From Blastocatellia bacterium (GTDB taxonomy: Bacteria > Acidobacteriota > Blastocatellia > Chloracidobacteriales > JADJPF01), in NCBI GenBank assembly GCA_025057015.1, contig JANWYG010000008.1, positions 88,722 to 152,721 of the forward strand: a stretch of 64,000 nt of DNA, read 5' to 3'. Within the stretch, counting starts at the first letter, position 1, and each line of letters opens with the position of its first letter. The notes under the pieces were generated by a model, which was not told where the DNA came from, searched no databases, and saw only the letters and a program-made list of their open reading frames with translations. Below are positions 27,955 through 36,076 of this stretch, one piece after another. The translations under genes and the position numbers were made by a program.

Positions 27955-28882
27955 CCTTCTTATGCTTAGAGATGCAGACTCTATTGCGACCTGTTTGCTT
28001 TGCTTCATAGAGTGCCTTGTCAGCAGCATCGATTAGGGAAGTGAAATTGTTGCCGTCGCTGGGGAATTCTGCGACGCCTATACTGATTGTGATTTGTTGT
28101 TTTTTAGATTCATCTGTCATTGATGCTGGGAAACGGTAGCGTTCGATGGCTTCGCGTACTCTTTCGCCTGCTTCTACGCCTTTGTGCTTAGGAGTTTCTG
28201 GCAACAGAGCTACAAACTCTTCGCCACCATATCTGGCTACACTGTCGGAGTCTCGCAGCGTGTCTCTTATCACCTTGGCGGTTAAACGTAGCACTTCGCT
28301 TCCTACCAGATGACCGTAGGTATCGTTTACGCGTTTAAAGAAGTCTAGATCCATCATTAAGATACAAAATTCATGTTTGTGGCGCTGCGAACGTGCTACT
28401 TCACGCTCGACTTCGAGGGAGAAACTCTTGCGAGTAAGTAAGCCGGTCAAATCGTCATGGACGATAAGTTCATGTACTCGCTCCTGGTACTCTACTTCCA
28501 CTTCGTCTAGCAGGGCGAATTTGAGCAGCTGTCGGCCTATTTTTATCTTGTCTCCGTCTCGTAGAAGCTGCGGTTGATGGGCTACAAGCAGCTGGCCGTT
28601 TAATATAGTGCCGTTTGTGCTTCCGAGATCTAAAAACCAGAAAGTCTTTTCACCCGTATCTGTCTCTTTGATAAATATCTGAGCGTGCACTCGGGAGGCA
28701 ACGTCGTCGTCTAAGGGAATGTCTACAGCTTCGCTATCTCGTCCTATTAGTAGGCTGGGTTTGTCTATCTTTATAGCTGTGCCGAGCTTGTTGCCACATA
28801 GAAAGATCAATGCCGGGAAACACTTCTTAGGTGCGAAGATACCGGTGATTCTTAGTCTTTGTGTTTTGTTGCTGTCGTCCAC
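27941..28882 (-). CDS. FHA domain-containing diguanylate cyclase (FHA-GGDEF)
   Basis: 313 aa, GTG start. FHA motifs LIGRDSEA...SRVHAQI...DLGSTNGT. GGDEF domain with RYGGEEF and an I-site-like RDSD. Confidence 0.85.
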   Translation of the reverse strand: MDDSNKTQRLRITGIFAPKKCFPALIFLCGNKLGTAIKIDKPSLLIGRDSEAVDIPLDDDVASRVHAQIFIKETDTGEKTFWFLDLGSTNGTILNGQLLVAHQPQLLRDGDKIKIGRQLLKFALLDEVEVEYQERVHELIVHDDLTGLLTRKSFSLEVEREVARSQRHKHEFCILMMDLDFFKRVNDTYGHLVGSEVLRLTAKVIRDTLRDSDSVARYGGEEFVALLPETPKHKGVEAGERVREAIERYRFPASMTDESKKQQITISIGVAEFPSDGNNFTSLIDAADKALYEAKQTGRNRVCISKHKKVNMT

Positions 28883-29014
28883 AGAAGTCTAAGTTTGGCT
28901 AGAAGTTTTCATAATAATAAGATTTATTCTGTTGATTGTGCAAGCACGACGCACAAGGTAGATGCGCACTCTGTGTTTTCTACAGAACGGATCCTTGCGC
29001 GCAAGTGCTTGCAG

Positions 29015-30418
29015 TTAGCGCCTCACGTATTCAAAGTCTATAGGCTTTTGGTTAATACCTCTGGTTGGCGGGGCAATCCAGTTGGCGATTTTGCCGCGTT
29101 CATAGACTGGTGTCATAAGTGAACTGACGTAAGCATAATCTTCTTGTGTGGGTAGCCACTGATTGCTTCTTGATTTAAATTCGGACTCGGAAATTATCTT
29201 TCCTTCCGGAGTGAAATAATGGCTGCTGAATACGCCTATACGGCGGTTGAAACGCTGTGAAGGAAGTTTCAATCGATAGCTAAGGCCAGCTTTTTCCAGG
29301 ATTTCGTTCCAGCGTCTCAAGGCTCTTTCGCAATCCTCTATGTATGCGTCTTGTAGCTGGATGTTCATAGCCCGTCTTAATGGAATGCTACGTTCTACAA
29401 GGTGACCGTTTTCATCTGGAACTTCGAGCTTATAGCTTCCTTCAAGTGCTAGGTGATCGCTGTAACGCTCTGCCTCACGGTAACGGCCTTTAAGTCCTGC
29501 GCCGAAGAAGGTGGCTGCATTTGAGGAATCTTCGCTGCCGAATAGATCTAGCGACGCACTGAACCATTCGTTTATGTATTTCTGTATGATATCAAGCGGT
29601 ATACCACCCAGTTCAGTGACGTCTTCGTTTGGTGAGAGTTTCATTAGTTCTGCTGTCCTTTTTACGATCCGAGCTATTCCAGTTTCGCCTACAAACAAGT
29701 GATGAGCTTCTTCAGTAAGCATGAACTTAGTGCTTCTTGCCAAAGGATCGAAGGCGCTTTCAGCAAGTGCAGCAAGCTGATATTTCCCATCTCGGTCAGT
29801 AAACATAGTGAAGGCAAAGAACGCCAACCAGTCTCGCACAGGTTTGTTGAACGCTTCTAGTATACGAGGTGTATCTTTGTGGCCGCTGCGACGTGTGAGA
29901 AGGTCTTCAGCTTCCTCACGTCCGTCACGCCCAAAGAACTGGTGTAGTAGATAAACCATGGCCCAGAGATGGCGGCCTTCCTCTACGTTTACCTGAAACA
30001 GATTGCGTAAGTCATAAAGGCTCGGGGTAGTGTGGCCAAGAAGACGTTGTTGTTCGACCGAAGCGGGTTCGGTATCGCCTTGAGTGACTATTATTCTACG
30101 AAGCTCTTTGCGAAATTCGCCAGGTACGTCGTTCCATACCGGTTCGCCTATATGATCACCGAAGTGTATCTTCCGGTCAGGTTCGGCAGGAACAAGGAAT
30201 ATTCCCCATCTGTAGTCTGGCATCTTGACGTAATCGAACTGTGCCCAGCCGTTGGAGTCAACGCTTATGGCTGTGCGTAGGTATACCTCATCTTGTTGAA
30301 ACCCTTCCGGGCCCATCTCCATCCACCAGCGAATGAAGTTTGGTTGCCATTGCTCTAGAGCTCGCTGTAGCCGTTTGTTCTCTGAAAGGTTGACGTTATT
30401 TGGAATCTTCTCAAACAT
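29015..30418 (-). CDS. boxB: benzoyl-CoA 2,3-epoxidase, oxygenase component BoxB
   Basis: 467 aa. N-terminus EKIPNNVNLSENKRLQRALEQWQPNFIRWWMEMGPEGF is characteristic of BoxB di-iron oxygenases. 1-nt overlap with boxC. Confidence 0.85.
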   Translation of the reverse strand: MFEKIPNNVNLSENKRLQRALEQWQPNFIRWWMEMGPEGFQQDEVYLRTAISVDSNGWAQFDYVKMPDYRWGIFLVPAEPDRKIHFGDHIGEPVWNDVPGEFRKELRRIIVTQGDTEPASVEQQRLLGHTTPSLYDLRNLFQVNVEEGRHLWAMVYLLHQFFGRDGREEAEDLLTRRSGHKDTPRILEAFNKPVRDWLAFFAFTMFTDRDGKYQLAALAESAFDPLARSTKFMLTEEAHHLFVGETGIARIVKRTAELMKLSPNEDVTELGGIPLDIIQKYINEWFSASLDLFGSEDSSNAATFFGAGLKGRYREAERYSDHLALEGSYKLEVPDENGHLVERSIPLRRAMNIQLQDAYIEDCERALRRWNEILEKAGLSYRLKLPSQRFNRRIGVFSSHYFTPEGKIISESEFKSRSNQWLPTQEDYAYVSSLMTPVYERGKIANWIAPPTRGINQKPIDFEYVRR

Positions 30419-32037
30419 TAGGTTCTCCTCCAGTCAAAGCGTGGCCTACTTGCTTTTCCGTACATGACTAACGCTCCATGCTCGCCTACCGCATTGGGAC
30501 GTTGAAAGATCCAGTTTTGCCAGGCTGAAAGTCGTCCGAAAATCTTCGTTTCAAGAGTTTCAGGTCCTGCAAACCTTAGACTTGCTTCAAGACCTGTCAG
30601 TGCATCTGGCGAAAGTGAAGTTCTCTCTTCGACTGCTAGACGGATTTCATCGTCCCAATCGAGCTCGTCTACGGCTACTGTGGCTAGTCCTGCAGCTTCT
30701 GCCTGTCCAGCATCGAATGTTTCAGAACTGTTCATGAGTTCTGCTAGTAGGCGCGGCTCTCCTAATAGCTTCGTAGCGAGCCGCGAAAGGCCGTTTCCCA
30801 TAGGAAGCAGACCACGGTTTAGGTCACTCAGCGCCACCTCTACGCCAGGTTTGTCCAACATATATGTCCGGTCTGCAGCCAGAGCCAGTTCTAAGTAACT
30901 ACCTGCAAAACAAGAACCCTCGTCTATCAGCGCAAAGAAGCTTTTTGCCGAAACGTCCATTCGCTTGAGTACTCGCTTTGCGAGCAACAGAACTTCCCTT
31001 ACGAACCAGTCCTGTTTGTGTGCGCTCAGCTGTGCATCCATCTTAAGCACGTTGGACAGCTTACCTCTAGTTTGTATGAGCACGAGGCCTATCTCGGGAT
31101 AGTTGAACCTTAGTCGTAGTAGAGCGTCGTCTAGTTCTCTAAACACACGTAATGGCAAAAAGTCAGCTCCGGCAGCGGCGGGATCTTTCTCTATGACAAA
31201 ATCATCTGGAGGACCTTCGATAATTAATCGTGCTAACCGTGCTTCGGGACCTAGCTTTAACCGGACATACCTGTAGCGTATCTCTGTGTCAGTTTCTGTT
31301 GGATTGAGGTAGTCAAGCCGAATGCCCGTTGGATTTCGGTGTTCGACTGCGAGCTTGCGGGCTCGCTCCATCACAGAATCGGCGAAACGTGAAGGGGGAA
31401 AGACAGCATCTACTAGCCCCCATTCTGCCGCTCTGTTACCTTTGATACCTTCGGCAAGGGTGACAAATATATCTGCACGATCGCGCCTTACCTTGCGTTT
31501 GTCTACGAGCCTAGTCAGTCCACCAGTGCCAGGCAGCACGCCTAGATATGGGACTTCAGGTAGGCTCACAGCAGAACGCCGATCGTCGACAAGGTATATC
31601 TCTTTGCAGGCAAGAGGCAGTTCGTACCCACCGCCGCTTGCTGTTCCGTTAAGCGCTGCTATGTAGACCTGACCACTGTGATCTGTAGCATCTTCTATTG
31701 CCAGTCTGGTCTCGTTGGTAAATTTGCAGAAGTTTACCTTGAATTCGTGAGATGAACTGCCAAGCATGAAAATGTTTGCACCGGCAGAAAAAATTCCATC
31801 TCGCTTGCTCGAAATTATTACTACTTCTACTTCGGGGTGTTCGAACCTTAATCGCTGTACGGCATCTGCTAGCTCTATATCTACTCCCAGGTCGTACGAA
31901 TTCATTTTCAATAAATATCCCGGCCTTAGACCTGCTTCTTCTTTCACGTCGAGCCACAAGGTAGCTATCGGACTTTCTACTTCAAGCACCCAATGCTTGT
32001 AGTTGCAAGGATCTGTTTCAAATCTGATCGCCTCCAC
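30418..32037 (-). CDS. boxC: 2,3-epoxybenzoyl-CoA dihydrolase BoxC (crotonase superfamily)
   Basis: 539 aa, GTG start with a GAGGAG RBS. GLRPGYLLKMNSYDLGVDIELADAVQRLRFEHPEV is the BoxC-specific N-terminal pattern. Confidence 0.85.
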   Translation of the reverse strand: MEAIRFETDPCNYKHWVLEVESPIATLWLDVKEEAGLRPGYLLKMNSYDLGVDIELADAVQRLRFEHPEVEVVIISSKRDGIFSAGANIFMLGSSSHEFKVNFCKFTNETRLAIEDATDHSGQVYIAALNGTASGGGYELPLACKEIYLVDDRRSAVSLPEVPYLGVLPGTGGLTRLVDKRKVRRDRADIFVTLAEGIKGNRAAEWGLVDAVFPPSRFADSVMERARKLAVEHRNPTGIRLDYLNPTETDTEIRYRYVRLKLGPEARLARLIIEGPPDDFVIEKDPAAAGADFLPLRVFRELDDALLRLRFNYPEIGLVLIQTRGKLSNVLKMDAQLSAHKQDWFVREVLLLAKRVLKRMDVSAKSFFALIDEGSCFAGSYLELALAADRTYMLDKPGVEVALSDLNRGLLPMGNGLSRLATKLLGEPRLLAELMNSSETFDAGQAEAAGLATVAVDELDWDDEIRLAVEERTSLSPDALTGLEASLRFAGPETLETKIFGRLSAWQNWIFQRPNAVGEHGALVMYGKASRPRFDWRRT

Positions 32038-32135
32038 TTCGGAATCTCTCCTCGATTTCCTCTACTTTGCTAAAAATATGCTATCTCATTTCTCAATCGT
32101 TAGCAAGCAACATACTTCTTCTTTATAAATAGATT

Positions 32136-33005
32136 ATGCATTATACTGCGTTCAAGATGAGTAACAGGGAAGAATTTCTAAGGCGTTTGGGTCAGCGCGT
32201 CAGATGCTACAGAAAACAACGAGGAATGACGCTGAAGGAGTTGTCATCTGCTACTGGCTTAAGCGTAAGATTTCTGACACAGTTAGAGGCAGGTCAGGGG
32301 AATATAGCAGTAGGACGTTTGGCGATGATAGCAGAGGCGCTACAGATAGACATAGGCACTTTTGTTTCTGAGCCTGGCATGTTAGACGTCTCAGTACAGC
32401 TAGAGCAAGTGCTTAAGGGGCGTAGTGAAGCGGAGCTTAGGAGAGCGCTGAGGATACTTGAGACTGTTTTTGGTAGTAGGCAGCGCAAGGTAATAGGGCT
32501 TTTGGGATTGCGTGGAGCCGGCAAGACCACTATAGGTGGACTACTTGCTCGTCAGCTTAGTGTGCCTTTTTGGGAGTTAGATGATCGAATAGAGGAGCTG
32601 GCGGGCTTGAGCCTGTCGGAGATCTTTGCGCTACACGGTGAGAGCTATTACCGAAGGTTGGAAGCGCAGGCTTTGGTCGAAGTCTTAAGCGAGCATAGGC
32701 GGTGTGTTTTGGCTTTGCCTGGTGGCATAGTAAGCAATAGCGATAGCTTTGAAATTGTGAGGTTGAACTGCTTTACAGTCTGGTTAAAAGCTTATCCTGA
32801 AGATCATATGTACCGTGTGCTGATGCAGGGCGATCGAAGGCCTATGGCAAACAGGCCCGATGCTCTAGCAGAACTGAAAGCCATTTTGGCAGCAAGAGAA
32901 CCGTTCTATCAGATGGCTGAGTTGCACGTACATACCAGTCAGTTAGGTCTGGAAAAGAGCGTGGAGTTTATCGTTACTGAGCTTGAGAAGCGAGGCTGGC
33001 GCTAA
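32136..33005 (+). CDS. boxR: BoxR/BzdR-type regulator (XRE HTH fused to a shikimate-kinase-like domain)
   Basis: 289 aa. HTH MTLKELSSATGLSVRFLTQLEAGQGN, then a P-loop LGLRGAGKTTIGGLLARQL with an SKI-like fold. Divergent from boxCB. Confidence 0.75.
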   Translation: MHYTAFKMSNREEFLRRLGQRVRCYRKQRGMTLKELSSATGLSVRFLTQLEAGQGNIAVGRLAMIAEALQIDIGTFVSEPGMLDVSVQLEQVLKGRSEAELRRALRILETVFGSRQRKVIGLLGLRGAGKTTIGGLLARQLSVPFWELDDRIEELAGLSLSEIFALHGESYYRRLEAQALVEVLSEHRRCVLALPGGIVSNSDSFEIVRLNCFTVWLKAYPEDHMYRVLMQGDRRPMANRPDALAELKAILAAREPFYQMAELHVHTSQLGLEKSVEFIVTELEKRGWR

Positions 33006-33006
33006 A

Positions 33007-33750
33007 CTATTTCTTTGCTTTATTTTCTAAGTATGTAGCTATTCTGGCTCGCGTTAGTTCTGATGTCCAAAGCTGTATTTCTTCGCTGCTGGGATCCTGC
33101 AACCGTGCTGCTACCGGGCGGCGTAGCGACTGTTTTGTTAGGATGAATGCTTCACTGGGCAATCCTACGAGTTTAGTTGCTAGCTGTTGAGCTAGCTCAA
33201 GTAGCTTTTCTGCGGGCACTGCTTCGTCTATAAGGCTGTGACGTTGAGCTTCTGCTGCTGACCAGACGGCACCTGTGTAGATAAGTTGCCGAACCTTGTC
33301 AAGAGGTAGTGTAAATCTAAGGATCTCAATTACTACTGCTGGAAACGGTAAGCCAACTGATATGCCGGGCATGCCTATTTTAGCTTCGTTGTTTGCCATC
33401 AACCGATAGTCACAGGTAAGTGCTAGCACACAGCCGCCGGCAATAGCATGTCCGTTGATGGCTGCTACTGTGGGCTTAGGGAATAGGAATAGCTTTGTGA
33501 ATATGCTGCAAAGTAGTTGAAGGAACTTCTCGACGTAGCTGGTGTCTTCGCACAGTATCCTAGAAAGGTCTACTCCGGCAGAAAAGGTTTTTCCTTTGCC
33601 AGTAATTATCAGTGCTCTAGTGTCTTGCGAAGATGCTAGGTATTCTAGCTTTCCTTCTAGGGCTTGCAGTAGCTCTATGTCTAGCGCGTTTACCTTGCCA
33701 TGAGCAAGTCTTATTGTTGTTATTTGTTGGCTAGTGTCTACTTGTATCAT
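33007..33750 (-). CDS. enoyl-CoA hydratase/isomerase family protein
   Basis: Crotonase motifs FSAGVDL and INGHAIAGGCVLAL. MIQVDTSQQ start at 33750 is preferred over the track start 33810. Confidence 0.8.
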   Translation of the reverse strand: MIQVDTSQQITTIRLAHGKVNALDIELLQALEGKLEYLASSQDTRALIITGKGKTFSAGVDLSRILCEDTSYVEKFLQLLCSIFTKLFLFPKPTVAAINGHAIAGGCVLALTCDYRLMANNEAKIGMPGISVGLPFPAVVIEILRFTLPLDKVRQLIYTGAVWSAAEAQRHSLIDEAVPAEKLLELAQQLATKLVGLPSEAFILTKQSLRRPVAARLQDPSSEEIQLWTSELTRARIATYLENKAKK

Positions 33751-34075
33751 TCTGTAGAGCTTTTTCGTGTATTTTATTCTAAACTTTTCTACTTTGCTAA
33801 GAGCAAGCACGAGTGGCGAAGTTGGTTTTCAGCGATCTTTTCTGTAAGGTAGCTGACGGCGCAATACAAAGCCTTGCTGGGGCTATTAAGGATTTGCGCT
33901 ATCTTTGCGAGTAAGAAGGCCTGAAAGGAAATACTTTCGCTTCAAAGCTGATTGAGAAGTTGTACAGGTATGGAGCTACTCAGCTTGCAGACAATGTTGT
34001 CTATTTGCTTTAGTGCTAATGAGTTTGATATTCTCGTGTTTTGAATGATTGCACCACCGCTCTGCTTTTGAGTAG

Positions 34076-34101
34076 GGTAAGGCGTATAGGTAAGGCGTAT
34101 A
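34076..34101. repeat. 13-nt perfect tandem duplication (GGTAAGGCGTATA x2)
   Basis: Read directly: 34076-34088 is identical to 34089-34101. It lies 15-40 nt beyond the tmRNA 3' end. Confidence 0.9.
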
Positions 34102-34115
34102 GGATGGGTCATTGA

Positions 34116-34470
34116 TGGAGGTGAAGGGAATCGAACCCTTGTCCGAAAGTCTTCAGCGTCGGAGTCTACATACATAGCCGCTTCCTTTGAAAGCAGCCTT
34201 GGGCGGAGTGGAAGCGGCAAGCACCGCACCGCAGCTCACCCTCGACGCTCTTCGCCGCTTTGCCTGAGGGTATGGCTTAACGGCTAGCCTGCTTTAGTGC
34301 CGCCTTTAACAGTTCCGCAGGCAGGAGCTGTTAAAGACGCTAGCTGCAACTACGCAGCCAGTGCCAACTGCTCAGTGTCTGCAGTTATTTTTTCCATGCA
34401 GTTTACGGGTTACATGGTTCCCGGTATGCATCCGTACGCCTCACTACTCCCGTCGAAACCTAGCACCCCC
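34116..34470 (-). ncRNA. ssrA: tmRNA (SsrA), one-piece
   Basis: 5' GGGGGUGCUAGGUUUCGACGGGAGU and 3' GGACAAGGGUUCGAUUCCCUUCACCUCCA. The 7-bp acceptor stem has a G3:U70 alanine identity pair. T-arm AAGGG-UUCGAUU-CCCUU. CCA is not encoded. Confidence 0.9.
34350..34382 (-). other. tmRNA tag reading frame, predicted tag (A)ADTEQLALAA
   Basis: GCA GAC ACU GAG CAG UUG GCA CUG GCU GCG UAG follows an AAAAAAUAACU leader. The C-terminal LAA is the canonical degron ending. Confidence 0.7.
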
Positions 34471-34582
34471 CTTGGGACTTTAAGCTGTCCTCCTAAGCAG
34501 TAAATACCGCAGGTTATTGATGTTGTCAATACATTTTTTAAGTTTGACCGGAAGATGTAGAGAGACTTATACTCTCCACAGG

Positions 34583-34996
34583 ATGCGATTAATGGCAATA
34601 GATTATGGAGAGAAGCGGTTGGGGATTGCGTTGAGTGATGAGTTAGGATGGGGTGTACGACCATTGGTCACTTTGCAACGATTACCTAAGGAGCGTAGTT
34701 TTCGAGCTATAGCTGCGCTAGTTGATGAGTATTCTGTGGCTCGGGTAGTTGTGGGTATACCTTTTAGGCTGGATGGTAGCATTGGCGAAGCTGCGCTGCG
34801 AGCTATGCGTTTTGCTGATGAACTGCGTTCGAAGGTTTGCTGTGAGGTTGAGCTTTGGGATGAAAAGCTCACTTCGGTAGAAGCTGAAGAACGTATGCGT
34901 GCCCAAGGGCTTAAGCTAGCTAAACGAAACCAGCAAATCGACCAGTATGCCGCAAAGGTTCTGCTCGAGGATTATATTAGCTCAAAGGGTATGTAG
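34583..34996 (+). CDS. ruvX: Holliday junction resolvase-like protein RuvX/YqgF
   Basis: MRLMAIDYGEKRLGIALSD (RNase H-like YqgF N-terminus). Alternative ATG at 34592. The track start 34517 is rejected because it lies next to the tmRNA promoter side. Confidence 0.85.
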   Translation: MRLMAIDYGEKRLGIALSDELGWGVRPLVTLQRLPKERSFRAIAALVDEYSVARVVVGIPFRLDGSIGEAALRAMRFADELRSKVCCEVELWDEKLTSVEAEERMRAQGLKLAKRNQQIDQYAAKVLLEDYISSKGM

Positions 34997-34997
34997 A

Positions 34998-36014
34998 ATG
35001 CGGTTGATCTGGAAGTGTGGGCTTGGTTTAGCAGTTGCTGTTATTTTTACTTGCTTGGGTTTGTATTTGTGGGTAGATGCTGCCATGAAGCGCCCGCATT
35101 TTCATACAGTAAGCGAGGTATTGGTAATAGAGCCGGGCTTGGGGCGTAAAGCAATAGTAAAGCGGTTGGTAGAAGCTGGAGTGTTGACTAACAGGATTGC
35201 AGTGTTGCTCTATCTTACGCTCAAACCGCAGAACTTGCAAGCTGGTGAGTATAAATTCGAGTCGCCGATTACACCGCTAGCAGTGCTAGAGAAGTTGCGT
35301 CGTGGTGAAATAACTACTGAGCAGGTGACTATTCCCGAAGGAAGTGACATTTACGACGTGGAGGTCTTGCTTACTGGCATAAACGGAGCGACTCGCTCTG
35401 AAGTTCGCAGGGCGTTGAGGAAGGTTGATCTGATTGCTGATATCGACCCAGCAGCCGAGACGCTGGAAGGTTATCTCTATCCTGACACGTATAGTTACAC
35501 GACCAAGACTACGCCTCAGCAGCTAGTAGCGGCAATGGTACGGCGTTTTCGGCAGATCTGGCATGGTGAAAGAAGGAGCAAAGCCGCGGCGCTTGGCTTG
35601 ACTACGCGGCAGGTAATAACACTTGCGTCGTTAATAGAGGAGGAAGCTAAGGTTGATGAAGAGAGAGCCTTGATTTCGGCGGTTTTTCATAACCGATTGA
35701 AGCGCGGTATGAAGCTAGACTGCGATCCTACGTTTATATACGCTGCAAAACTTGAGGAGGTGTGGGATGGCCAGGTAAACAATCCTCTTCACCGCAGGCG
35801 TAACTCTCCGTACAATACGTACCTTTTTTCTGGCTTACCGCCGGGGCCTATCTCCTCTCCACAAGATAAGTCGATAGATGCAGCACTCAATCCTGCTAGT
35901 GTTGATTATCTTTACTTTGTCGTAAGCGGCAGCGAAGGTCGACACAAGTTTTCACGAACTATGTCGGAACATATAGCTGCCGTTGCTGAATATAGGAAAC
36001 GGAAAAACGATTGA
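34998..36014 (+). CDS. mltG: endolytic murein transglycosylase MltG (YceG-like)
   Basis: N-terminal TM helix, then YceG motifs TIPEG, EGYLYPDTY, ASLIEEEA and NTYLFSGLPPGPI. Start lies 1 nt after the ruvX stop. Confidence 0.9.
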   Translation: MRLIWKCGLGLAVAVIFTCLGLYLWVDAAMKRPHFHTVSEVLVIEPGLGRKAIVKRLVEAGVLTNRIAVLLYLTLKPQNLQAGEYKFESPITPLAVLEKLRRGEITTEQVTIPEGSDIYDVEVLLTGINGATRSEVRRALRKVDLIADIDPAAETLEGYLYPDTYSYTTKTTPQQLVAAMVRRFRQIWHGERRSKAAALGLTTRQVITLASLIEEEAKVDEERALISAVFHNRLKRGMKLDCDPTFIYAAKLEEVWDGQVNNPLHRRRNSPYNTYLFSGLPPGPISSPQDKSIDAALNPASVDYLYFVVSGSEGRHKFSRTMSEHIAAVAEYRKRKND

Positions 36015-36039
36015 TTGCACCGCTGCCGAGCTATATAAT
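36011..36039 (+). promoter_or_regulatory. candidate sigma-70 promoter for the 36077-39435 operon
   Basis: TTGATT (36011-36016), 17 nt spacer, TATAAT (36034-36039). About 38 nt upstream of the ATG at 36077. Confidence 0.5.
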
Positions 36040-36076
36040 CAGCTCTTGGCCGTAAATAGATGCTTACGTAGATAAA

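Noticed and set aside
28994-29012. Overlapping palindromes CTTGCGCGCAAG / GCAAGCACTTGC just after the boxB stop, considered as a terminator
   Set aside because: The hairpins would have 2-nt loops and no U-tract follows. The evidence is insufficient to call a terminator or operator.
33007-34115. Possibility that the region downstream of ssrA (the box cluster side) is an integrated island
   Set aside because: No integrase, no direct repeat of the tmRNA 3' end, and no obvious compositional shift by eye. This cannot be excluded without comparative genomics.
33942-34664. Track ORFs 33942-34229(-), 34297-34503(+) and 34410-34664(-)
   Set aside because: They lie on or across the tmRNA gene (34116-34470), have no RBS and have odd composition. 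The RNA gene explains the locus.
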